Assembly: GCA_947482825.1 (NCBI GenBank)
Contig: CANKMT010000011.1
Span: 5,050-69,049 of the forward strand
Source of the DNA: Betaproteobacteria bacterium
GTDB taxonomy: Bacteria > Pseudomonadota > Gammaproteobacteria > Burkholderiales > SG8-39
DNA: 64,000 nt
Direction: 5' to 3'
Part shown: in pieces, positions 8,606-16,780 of the stretch
Numbering within the stretch: the first letter of the stretch is position 1
Layout of the letters: the number at the start of each line of letters is the position of its first letter
Notes under the pieces: model-generated
Told to the model about the DNA's origin: nothing
Seen by the model: only the letters and a program-made list of their open reading frames with translations
Databases searched by the model: none
Made by a program: the position numbers and the translations under genes

Positions 8606-9385
8606 TCAATCGGGCCGGGCGAGCGCCCAGTGGATGACGCGTTTCTCGAGGACCACGAACACCGCGTTCAGCGCGTAGCCGAGCACCGCGAGGATCACGA
8701 TCCACGCGTACATGTCGCGCACGCGGAAACTGCGCTGCATGTCGATGATGAGGTAGCCCAGGCCGCCGGTGCCTGCGAGCATCTCGGCGATGACCACGAG
8801 GATCAGGCCCAGGCCGAGGGCAACGCGCATGCCGGCGAGGATCAACGGCATGGCGGCTGGAAGCACGATCTTGAGCAGCAGCGCGAGCCGTCCGCAGCGA
8901 AACGTTCGGCCGGTGTTCACGAGGACCGGGTCCACGCCGCGCACGCCTTGCACGGCGTTGATGAGCACGGGGAAGAAAACACCCAGGCCCACGACCGTGA
9001 GCTTCATCGGGTCGCCCAGACCCAGGAAGAGGATGAGCGGCGGGAGCAGCGCCGGCTTGGGCAGCGGCCGCAGCACCTCCACCAGCGGCTCGAGCAGGTT
9101 GTACAAGGGACGGAAACGGCCCATCAGGAGCCCGACCACGACGGCGGCCGCGCTGGCCGCGAAATAGGCGGCGAAGAGCAGGTACAGAGTCGCGCCGAGG
9201 GGCGCGAACAACTCGCCGCTCGCGACGATTGCGCCCACCCGCTGGGCCACGGCGGAGGGCGGAGGGATAAGCGCCGCGTTGACCAGCCCGCCGCGCACGG
9301 CAAGCTCGACCGCGGCAAGCGCGAACAGGATCACGCCCGCGCCGAGGGCGCGCTCGGGCCAACGTTTGGCGGCGGCATCAGCCAT
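8606..9385 (-). CDS. ABC transporter permease (NitT/TauT type)
   Basis: 259-aa multi-TM protein paralogous to 5196..5966. 8-nt overlap with the upstream ATPase gene. Confidence 0.9.
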   Translation of the reverse strand: MADAAAKRWPERALGAGVILFALAAVELAVRGGLVNAALIPPPSAVAQRVGAIVASGELFAPLGATLYLLFAAYFAASAAAVVVGLLMGRFRPLYNLLEPLVEVLRPLPKPALLPPLILFLGLGDPMKLTVVGLGVFFPVLINAVQGVRGVDPVLVNTGRTFRCGRLALLLKIVLPAAMPLILAGMRVALGLGLILVVIAEMLAGTGGLGYLIIDMQRSFRVRDMYAWIVILAVLGYALNAVFVVLEKRVIHWALARPD

Positions 9386-10202
9386 GCGGCCTCTTGAGCA
9401 GCATGGCGAGCAACTCGTGGCGCAGTGCGAGGAAGCGCGGATCCTCGCGCGTGTCGATGTTGTCGCGCGGGCGGGGCAGTTCGGTAGCGATGCTGCGCAC
9501 CACCCTGGCAGGTCGTGCCGAGAGCACTACTACACGATCGGCAAGGAACACGGCCTCGTCGACGTCGTGGGTCACGAGCACCGCCGTGAAGCGTTGTTTC
9601 TCGCGCAGTTCCTGCACCAGCGCGTGCAGCTCCATGCGCGTGAGGGCGTCGACCGAGCTGAACGGCTCGTCCATGAGGAGCACGCGCGGTTCGGCAGCAA
9701 GCGCACGTGCGATCGCGACGCGCTGCTGCATTCCTCCGGAGAGCTGCCAGGGGTAGCGCTCGGCGGAATCGGCGAGTCCCACCATCTCGAGGAAACTGCG
9801 GCTGTGCGCGCGCGCCGCCGCGCTAGTCATGCCTTTGCGGTGCTCGACCGCGAAGGCGACGTTGTCCACCACGGTGCGCCAGGGAAACAGCGATTTGGCG
9901 TACTGCTGGAAGAGATACACCATGCTGGGCGGCGGCGCACTGATGGCCGTGCCGTCCAGCCGGACCACCCCGCCGCTCGGGGCGATCAGCGCTGCGGCGA
10001 TCTGAAGCAGCGTGGACTTGCCGCAGCCCGAAGGACCGACCACCGCGAGGAACTCCCCTTCTTCAACGTCGAGGGTGACGTCGTCGATCGCGCGCGTCTC
10101 GGCCGCGCCGCCGACACCGAAGGACTTGCTGACGTTTTCGAGCCGGAGGTGGGTCGCCAATGCGTTTCTTCCTTGCGCTGAATAATGCGCGATGATTCGC
10201 AC
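9378..10202 (-). CDS. ABC transporter ATP-binding protein (NitT/TauT type)
   Basis: Walker [10 protein letters not shown], signature LSGGMQQR, Walker B LLMDEPF. Confidence 0.92.
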   Translation of the reverse strand: MRIIAHYSAQGRNALATHLRLENVSKSFGVGGAAETRAIDDVTLDVEEGEFLAVVGPSGCGKSTLLQIAAALIAPSGGVVRLDGTAISAPPPSMVYLFQQYAKSLFPWRTVVDNVAFAVEHRKGMTSAAARAHSRSFLEMVGLADSAERYPWQLSGGMQQRVAIARALAAEPRVLLMDEPFSSVDALTRMELHALVQELREKQRFTAVLVTHDVDEAVFLADRVVVLSARPARVVRSIATELPRPRDNIDTREDPRFLALRHELLAMLLKRPHG

Positions 10203-10229
10203 CTACTTTAATCTAAAACGAAAGACTAC

Positions 10230-11120
10230 ATGAGCACCTGGACCGTCGGCCCTGTCAGCGTGACCCGCATCGAAGAGCAACTCGGCTTCGGCAGCTTCCC
10301 GCCGGAAGAGTATTTCTCTGGCTTCGAAAGGGAGGTTCTCGAGCGCCACCTCGGGTGGCTGGTGCCCGACCACTACGTCCCCGCGGAAAATGCGCTGATC
10401 ACCAGCGTGCATTCATGGCTGATCCGCACGCCGAAGCACACGATCCTGCTCGACTGCTGCGCCGGCAACCACAAGGACCGTCCGTGGTGGCCGAGGTTCC
10501 ACCAGCTGGAAACGCCTTTCCTCGAGCGGCTGCGCGCTGCCGGGACGCGGCCCGAGGACATCGACATCGTGCTCTGCACCCACCTTCACGCCGACCACAT
10601 CGGCTGGAACACGGTGCTGAAGGATGGACGCTGGGTACCGACTTTTCCCAATGCAAAGTACCTGTTCTCGCGCATCGAGAACGACTTCTGGGATCCGCGC
10701 ATCAATATCGCGCTCTCGGAGGATCCGGCCCGCAAAGTCGCCTATCGCGACAGCGTGCTGCCGGTGGTCGAGGCCGGGCAGGCCCAGCTTGTCGAGGGCA
10801 GCCACGCGATCGACGACCTGCTGCTCGTCGAGCCGGCGCCGGGCCATACATCGGGTCACGTGCTGCTCAAGTTGCGCGCAGGCGGCGGGGGCGTGTTCTG
10901 CGGCGACGTGCTCCACCATCCTCTGCAGATTTACGCACCGCATTGGAACAGCCAATTCTGCATGCAACCCGACGAGGCGCGGACCACGCGGCGCCGGGTG
11001 CTTGAGCACTGCGCAGAGAGCGGCGCCCTCCTCTTCCCCACGCACTTCGGCGCGCCTCACGTTGCAGCCATCGCTGCTGCTGGCGGCGCCTTTTCGGCCC
11101 GATTCGTCTTGGGCGCGTAG
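10230..11120 (+). CDS. MBL-fold metallo-hydrolase
   Basis: HxHxDH motif (CTHLHADHIGWN) plus downstream His/Asp ligand positions. 296 aa. Confidence 0.8.
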   Translation: MSTWTVGPVSVTRIEEQLGFGSFPPEEYFSGFEREVLERHLGWLVPDHYVPAENALITSVHSWLIRTPKHTILLDCCAGNHKDRPWWPRFHQLETPFLERLRAAGTRPEDIDIVLCTHLHADHIGWNTVLKDGRWVPTFPNAKYLFSRIENDFWDPRINIALSEDPARKVAYRDSVLPVVEAGQAQLVEGSHAIDDLLLVEPAPGHTSGHVLLKLRAGGGGVFCGDVLHHPLQIYAPHWNSQFCMQPDEARTTRRRVLEHCAESGALLFPTHFGAPHVAAIAAAGGAFSARFVLGA

Positions 11121-11146
11121 CGGCCCCGGGCTGCCGTTTCGCGCGC

Positions 11147-12364
11147 TCAGCCCGGATTCGTTGCGCGGAATTTGTCGTAGATCACGCCTTTTGCGTACAA
11201 CGCGGCGATCTGTTCGTCCTTCATTCCGAGGCCTTTCAGCGTCGCGTCGGTTTGCTGACCGAGCCACGGCGCGGGCTCGGGTGTCCGCGTGAACGGCGCG
11301 CTCGCCTTGACGGGCGAGCCCATGTTCTTCATGCGGCCGATCTTCGGGTGATCGAGTTCCGTGACCATTTCTCGCGCGAGGATGTGCGGATCGGCCACCG
11401 ACTGTTCGTAGGTGTAGACCGGGCCGCCGGGGACGCCCGCGGCATCGAGCTTGGCAACCCAATGCGCCGTGGGCGCGGTCATCAACACCGACTCGATCGC
11501 ATCCTGCAGCGCATCGACATTCGCAAGGCGCGCCTCGGCGGGATTGAAGCGCGGATCCGAGATCAGTTCGGGCTTGTCGAGCACCTGTGTGCAAAGGGCC
11601 TTCCAGAGCTTGTCGTTATTCCCGCCCACGGTGACATAACCGTCCTGCGTCTTGAACGCCTGGTAAGGCGCATTCCTGCGGTGGCGCGTGCCGTTCGCCT
11701 GCGGAATTTCCCCTGCCCCGAAGTAAGCCCCGAACTCCCAGAACGTCCACGCGAACCCCGCTTCGAGCAGTGAAGTGTCGAGGAAGATCCCCTCCCCGGT
11801 CTTCAGCTTCTTGATGTAGGACCCGAGGATCGCGTAAAGCATGGTGCTGCCGGCGGCGATGTCGTTCATCGCGATGCCGACCTTGGCCGGGCGGCCGCCG
11901 GGATCGCCGGTCATGCGCATGATGCCGCTCATGCCCTGCGCGATGATGTCGAAGCCGCCGCGCCCGCCGTAAGGGCCGGTCTGGCCGAATCCGGAAATCG
12001 ATGCGTAAATGATTCCCGGGTTGATCTTGCGGATCGACTCGTAGTCGATGCCGAGCTTCTTCATGACGCCCGGCCGGTAGTTCTCGACCAGGATGTCGGC
12101 CTCGGCCGCCATGCGCATGAAGATGTCCATGCCTTCGGGCGTCTTGATGTCGAGCGCGATGCTCTTCTTGTTGCGGTTGAGCACCGCGAAGCAGTAGCTC
12201 TCGCCGTTCACCATCGGTGCGAGGCGCCGCGCCCCGTCGCCCTCGGGAAACGATTCGACCTTGGTCACGTCGGCCCCCATGTCGGCGAGCATCAGGGTGC
12301 AGTAAGGTCCGGCCATCAGCAGCGTGAAATCCAGGACCTTCACTCCTTCGAGCGGAAGCGACAC
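11147..12364 (-). CDS. Family III CoA-transferase (CaiB/BaiF family)
   Basis: N-terminal LEGVKVLDFTLLMAGPYCTLMLADMGADVTKVE and overall 405-aa architecture typical of CaiB/BaiF. Confidence 0.88.
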   Translation of the reverse strand: MSLPLEGVKVLDFTLLMAGPYCTLMLADMGADVTKVESFPEGDGARRLAPMVNGESYCFAVLNRNKKSIALDIKTPEGMDIFMRMAAEADILVENYRPGVMKKLGIDYESIRKINPGIIYASISGFGQTGPYGGRGGFDIIAQGMSGIMRMTGDPGGRPAKVGIAMNDIAAGSTMLYAILGSYIKKLKTGEGIFLDTSLLEAGFAWTFWEFGAYFGAGEIPQANGTRHRRNAPYQAFKTQDGYVTVGGNNDKLWKALCTQVLDKPELISDPRFNPAEARLANVDALQDAIESVLMTAPTAHWVAKLDAAGVPGGPVYTYEQSVADPHILAREMVTELDHPKIGRMKNMGSPVKASAPFTRTPEPAPWLGQQTDATLKGLGMKDEQIAALYAKGVIYDKFRATNPG

Positions 12365-12483
12365 GATCTTTCTCCTTGCAGGGGGCGAAGCGCGAACGAT
12401 TTTATCCCTCCCTCCGGACGCAGGGCGCCTGTTTCGAACCAGCGATGGACTGCCCGGAAAAAAGGGCAGACCATCGCCGCACC

Positions 12484-13572
12484 ATGAGCCAGACCGCAGC
12501 CGCTTTGCCGCACATCGTCGAAGCCGAAGACCTCGAAGCCGCCGTCGAGCTTTGCTACACCGAAGGCTGGACCGACGGACTGCCGGTGATCCCGGCGACC
12601 GAACGGCCGGTGCGGCGCATCATCGATTACCTCGGGATGAAGCCGGAGCAGGTCATCGGCGTCATTCCCCCGCGCCGCGGCATTGCCACGGTCGAGAAGA
12701 TCGCGATCAACTGCGTCATGGCGGGCTGCCTGCCGGAGTACGTGCCGATCGTGCTCGCAGCCGTTCAAGCAATGCTGGAACCGGAATTCAACCTCGAGGG
12801 CGTGCAGACGACCACGAATCCCTGCGCGCCCCTGGTAATGGTGAGCGGGCCGGCGGTGCGCAAGCTGGGGTTCAACACCAAGGACTGCGCCTTGGGCCAC
12901 GGTTCGCGCGCCAACGCGGCCATCGGTCGCGCGGTGCGCCTGATCCTGTGGAACATCGGCGGCGGCTTTCCCGGCTCACCGTGCCGCACTACGCACGGCC
13001 ATCCCGGTTACTACAGCTACTGCATTGCAGAAGACCCCGAAACGAATCCGTGGGAACCGCTACACGTAACGCGCGGTTTCAAGCCAGAGGACACGGTAGT
13101 CACGGTCACCGCGGTCGATGGCCCGCATTCGGTGGCCACCGGCGCGCTCGTGAATACGCCCGGGCAGGTGCTCACGAACATCGCCGATTCGATAGCGCGG
13201 CTCGGGAGCAACAACCAGTACGGCGGGCAACTGGTCGTCGTCCTCGGACCGATGGCCGCAAAGAACCTCGCCGACGGCGGCTACGACAAGGCCGGCGTGG
13301 TCGACGAACTGGTGAAACGCTCGACGCGCACCGTGGCGGAAATCCTGCGCAACAAGAACAGCGACCACATGCCCGCCGAAGAAATGGCGGAACTGCGCTC
13401 GAAGAAGGGCGACGAGCTCTTCCACTACATCCGGTCCGCCGAGAATGTCGTGCTGCTGACCACCGGCAGCTGGGGCGCAGTCGGCGGTTACGCGGCGGTC
13501 TGCCCGGGTTGGGGGCACTTCGGCGGGTTCACTCAAACCAAATGCGTGCAGTTCCCTAGAAATGGAGCCTGA
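12484..13572 (+). CDS. Conserved protein of unknown function, translationally linked to the UGSC selenoprotein gene
   Basis: Strong coding signal. Start ATG 12484 chosen (MSQTAAALPHIVEAEDLEAAVELCYTEGWTDGLPVIP...). Stop is 2 nt before the 13575 ATG. I recognise no family for it. Confidence 0.7.
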   Translation: MSQTAAALPHIVEAEDLEAAVELCYTEGWTDGLPVIPATERPVRRIIDYLGMKPEQVIGVIPPRRGIATVEKIAINCVMAGCLPEYVPIVLAAVQAMLEPEFNLEGVQTTTNPCAPLVMVSGPAVRKLGFNTKDCALGHGSRANAAIGRAVRLILWNIGGGFPGSPCRTTHGHPGYYSYCIAEDPETNPWEPLHVTRGFKPEDTVVTVTAVDGPHSVATGALVNTPGQVLTNIADSIARLGSNNQYGGQLVVVLGPMAAKNLADGGYDKAGVVDELVKRSTRTVAEILRNKNSDHMPAEEMAELRSKKGDELFHYIRSAENVVLLTTGSWGAVGGYAAVCPGWGHFGGFTQTKCVQFPRNGA

Positions 13573-13574
13573 GA

Positions 13575-14111
13575 ATGGTGATCGCCGTATACAACCCGGT
13601 CGGTGAAGTCGCGCAGAGCGAATCGGTGCGAGCCACAACGATGACTGGACTGAATGGGAGGTCGGTGGGTTTCGTCTTCAATCATCACCCGGCCGTGACC
13701 GGGCTGTGGGCCGAGCTCGAAAAAGGCGTCGAGCTCGACTTCCGCCCCGTGGGCGTGCAGCGCATCGCGAAGGCGAACATTTCGATGCCGCAGCCGGCGG
13801 CGCAACTGGCGAAGCTAGCGGCGGAGGTCGACTACGCACTGGGGGGCGTCGGCGCCTGAGGGTCCTGCACTGCCGCCGCCGTGCGCGATGGCTGTTCGCT
13901 GGTCAAGCTGGGCAAACCGGTCGTGGTGGTGGTGCAGGCCACTTTCGAGAATGCTGCGCGCGTGCATGCCAAGGGTCTCGGATGCCCGGACCTTGCGATC
14001 TGCGCGTATCCGCATCCTTCGCCGGGCGCGCCCGCCGGGCCGGAGGTCATGGCCGCGCTGGCGCTGCAAATACGCAATCGGGTCGTCGAGCTGATATCCG
14101 CCGGCCATTAG
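13575..14111 (+). CDS. UGSC-motif selenoprotein candidate (Sec encoded by in-frame TGA 13857-13859); 178 aa when read through
   Basis: ORFs 13575..13859 and 13881..14111 share one frame, with only the TGA between them. The junction reads GVGA-U-GSC-TAAAVRDGC. SelD and SelU are in the same window. Confidence 0.7.
13867..13884 (+). other. Candidate SECIS-like stem-loop just downstream of the UGA
   Basis: GCAC (13867-13870) pairs with GUGC (13881-13884) around a 10-nt loop, extendable by a U-G pair. By-eye only, not energy-evaluated; alternative pairings exist. Confidence 0.25.
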
Positions 14112-14357
14112 GCTGGGTGCGCCGGAAAGGCCATATGGGACGTGAATGTACCGGTATCGATTCACGAACTGGCCGGAGAGCCAATATCCATGCGCAACCT
14201 TGGCCCGGATTCTTGAAGATTCTGAATATTTGGAGATCCGGAATGAGACTCGCACGCAATGCCTGACCCCCTTCGTCAGACCCCTGTTACACAATACCTG
14301 TTGTGCGTTTGCCGCCCCGGCGGTTCAATCGGACATCGAACGCCCGGAGGGCATCAA

Positions 14358-14780
14358 ATGAAACTCGTGAAAGCAGCAGTGTTGGCGGCGGCCATCGCAA
14401 CCGCCGCTGCGCCGGGGCTTGTGGAGGCGCGCGGAGGCCGGGGCGGCGGTTGGGGCTTTGGATGGGGGCTCGGGTTGGGACTGGTGCTGAGCGCACCGCT
14501 GTATGCCTCCGCGTACTACGGCCCGCGGTACTACTCGCCCTACATTTATGCGCCGCCCTACTACGCGCCGCCTGTCGTCTACACGTATCCGTCCCCGTCG
14601 TACGCGGCTCCGCAATACGTCGAGCCACAGTATTCGCAGCAGCCCGCCCCAGTCCAGCAGGCACAGCAGGCGCAAGCCAACCTGTGGTACTTCTGCCCGG
14701 CGTCGAACGGCTACTACCCGTACGTGCGAGAGTGCCCCTCGGGCTGGCAGCCAGTCTCCCCCCGCCCGCCCGGCTACTAA
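14358..14780 (+). CDS. Small secreted Gly/Pro/Tyr-rich protein with a C-terminal WYFC...YYPYV..CP.GW motif
   Basis: GGAGG RBS at 14346-14350, signal peptide MKLVKAAVLAAAIATAAAPGLVEA, low-complexity YYxP repeats, and a conserved-looking two-Cys C-terminal module. Confidence 0.7.
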   Translation: MKLVKAAVLAAAIATAAAPGLVEARGGRGGGWGFGWGLGLGLVLSAPLYASAYYGPRYYSPYIYAPPYYAPPVVYTYPSPSYAAPQYVEPQYSQQPAPVQQAQQAQANLWYFCPASNGYYPYVRECPSGWQPVSPRPPGY

Positions 14781-14784
14781 ACCA

Positions 14785-14838
14785 AAATTGGTGTCAGAGT
14801 CGACTTTCCGCTGCGGAAAATCGACTCTGACACCATTT
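14785..14838. repeat. Palindromic REP/MITE-like element, family member a (26-bp arms, 3-nt loop); likely bidirectional terminator
   Basis: aaattGGTGTCAGAGTCGACTTTCCG ctg CGGAAAATCGACTCTGACACCattt lies between convergent genes. Its right arm overlaps the stop codon of 14837..15793. Confidence 0.8.
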
Positions 14839-15793
14839 ATGCGGCTCGGCGGTGCTCGTAGTAAGGGCGCTCGCGTTCATCCAGTCGCGCGTTGAGGGCC
14901 TTGCGGTCGGTGCCGGGGTTCAGCCAGGCGTCCACCGCGCGCGCTTCAAGGGGAATGATGCAGCGGTCATGCCCCGTCGCCGCGACCTCGGGCGGCGGCT
15001 CGTCGGTGATCGCGGCGAACGAATAGAGGTCTGGCTTGCCTGGTGATTGCCAGCGGTCCCACAGGCAGGCGACCAGCATCGGGGCCGACGAGCGCGGGTT
15101 GAAGTGCAGGATCACGTTCTGCGGCTTCTCGCCCTCGCGCAGGGGCCGCTTCTCGAAATCGTGCAGCGCCACGTTCTCGTAGAAGCTCTTCGCCACCAGA
15201 ACTGCGTGGTGGCGGCCGAAGACGTTTTTCCAGAAGCCTTCGAGGTTGTCGCGGCGCGCGTTGTAGAGGCCGTCGTAGCGGCGGTCGTGCGCCTCGGGCT
15301 TGCCGTCCGGGCGGCAGTGGTAGCGCATCGGGCGGATTACACGGCGCCCCTCCTGCAAGATCGCCACCGGCGCGTACCAGAACGGGAAGATGCGCGAATC
15401 GTCCTCGGTGGTTTCGGCGCGGCCGAGATCGGCGAGCTTGCCCATGGACCACTTTATTTTCTTGGTGGCGATGCGTTGGTCTTCGAGCGCTTTCTTCGTC
15501 TGCTTCACGGCGAGTGCACGCTCGGCGTCGGCGAGGCGCTTGCGCAGCGCGAAGAGTGAGGATTCGAGGCCACTGCGGACTTTCGAACGATGCCGGTCGA
15601 TCAGGTCTTTGATCCGCTCTTCGGCCGTGGATTGAGGCTTATCGAAATTGGCCTCGAGAGCGCGGGCGACCTTGATCGAGTCGTCCTGCAGCCGGCTTGC
15701 AAAAAGTTGCTCAATGGCCGAGAAATCGACCTCGGGCGCCACCATGCGCGCGAGCTTCTTGAGGTCCTGCTCGACCATCGCGGAATAGCACAT
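14837..15793 (-). CDS. SOS-response-associated peptidase (SRAP/YedK, DUF159)-like protein with a large N-terminal insertion
   Basis: Starts MC (Cys2). The C-terminal 190 aa match SRAP blocks (LYNARRDNL..., FYENV, SFAAITDEPPPEVAATGHDRCIIPL). About 120 aa of coiled-coil-like sequence lie between Cys2 and the core. Confidence 0.6.
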   Translation of the reverse strand: MCYSAMVEQDLKKLARMVAPEVDFSAIEQLFASRLQDDSIKVARALEANFDKPQSTAEERIKDLIDRHRSKVRSGLESSLFALRKRLADAERALAVKQTKKALEDQRIATKKIKWSMGKLADLGRAETTEDDSRIFPFWYAPVAILQEGRRVIRPMRYHCRPDGKPEAHDRRYDGLYNARRDNLEGFWKNVFGRHHAVLVAKSFYENVALHDFEKRPLREGEKPQNVILHFNPRSSAPMLVACLWDRWQSPGKPDLYSFAAITDEPPPEVAATGHDRCIIPLEARAVDAWLNPGTDRKALNARLDERERPYYEHRRAA

Positions 15794-15822
15794 CCGCAGA
15801 TTCTACCTGCGAAGAAAAAGAG

Positions 15823-15947
15823 AAAAAGGGGCCAGGCTCGATTTTCCGCAAGCGACGTCGCCCGCCGGCGCTCGACAAGGAAAATCGAGCCTGCCCCCTT
15901 TGTCTTCCGCCGGCGCTCGACAACGAAAATTCGAGCCTGGCCCCTTT
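15823..15947. repeat. Palindromic element, family member c: one left arm plus two tandem right arms (45-nt period)
   Basis: Left arm aaaaaGGGGCCAGGCTCGATTTTCCG. Right arms GGAAAATCGAGCCTGCCCCCttt (15879-15901) and CGAAAATTCGAGCCTGGCCCCtttt (15924-15947). Direct repeat ccgccggcgctcgacaa... occurs twice. Confidence 0.8.
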
Positions 15948-15958
15948 TCTTTCTTTTT

Positions 15959-16780
15959 CTAGCCGAAACGGCCGGTGATGTAATCCTCGGTCTGTTTCTT
16001 CTTGGGCTTGATGAAGATCTCGTCGGTGACGCCGAACTCGATCAGCTCGCCCAAGTACATGTAGGCGGTGTAGTCGGAAACGCGGGCCGCCTGCTGCATG
16101 TTGTGCGTGACGATCAGGATGGTGACCTTGTGCTTCAGGTCGTGAATGAGTTCCTCGATCGCCCCGGTCGCGATCGGGTCCAGCGCCGAAGTCGGTTCGT
16201 CGAACAGCAGGATCTCGGGATTCGTCGCTAGGGCCCGCGCAATGCACAGGCGCTGCTGCTGCCCGCCGGAAAGGTTGAACGCAGGTTTGTCCAGGCGGTC
16301 CTTGGCCTCGTCCCACAGGGCCGCGCTGCGCAAGGCTTCCTGGACCTTCTCGTTGAGCACGCGAGTCTTGGTCTCGCCGCGCACGCGCAGGCCGTACGCG
16401 ACGTTTTCGTAGATGCTTTTCGGGAACGGGTTCGGCTTCTGGAACACCATGCTGATGCGCATGCGCACTTCGATCGGATCGACGCTCGGATCCAGAACGT
16501 TCACGTTGTCCGGGTGCAGGACGATCTCGCCTTGGTAGCGGTTGCCGGGATAAAGGTCGTGCATCCGGTTGAAGCAACGCAGAAAAGTCGACTTGCCGCA
16601 TCCCGAGGGGCCGATCAGCGCGGTGACCTGCTTCTCGTGCACCGGCATGTTCAGGTCCTTGAGCGCGTGGAACTCGCCGTAGTAGAAGTTGAGCTTGCGC
16701 GCATCGGCCTTGACGACCGGCGCAGGCGCGGCTTCCCGGCCATTGTGCTCGGCGACGTGGTTTTTCATGACGGCTACCAT
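15959..16780 (-). CDS. pstB: Phosphate ABC transporter ATP-binding protein PstB
   Basis: Walker [18 protein letters not shown], PstB-specific C-terminus [10 protein letters not shown]. Start is ATG 16780 (overlaps the pstA stop) or ATG 16768. Confidence 0.93.
   Translation of the reverse strand: MVAVMKNHVAEHNGREAAPAPVVKADARKLNFYYGEFHALKDLNMPVHEKQVTALIGPSGCGKSTFLRCFNRMHDLYPGNRYQGEIVLHPDNVNVLDPSVDPIEVRMRISMVFQKPNPFPKSIYENVAYGLRVRGETKTRVLNEKVQEALRSAALWDEAKDRLDKPAFNLSGGQQQRLCIARALATNPEILLFDEPTSALDPIATGAIEELIHDLKHKVTILIVTHNMQQAARVSDYTAYMYLGELIEFGVTDEIFIKPKKKQTEDYITGRFG

Noticed and set aside
8556-9362. N-terminal 269 codons of ORF 7578..9362
   Set aside because: An Arg/Pro/Gly-rich read of the permease gene in another frame. 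The real binding protein begins with a signal peptide at ATG 8555.
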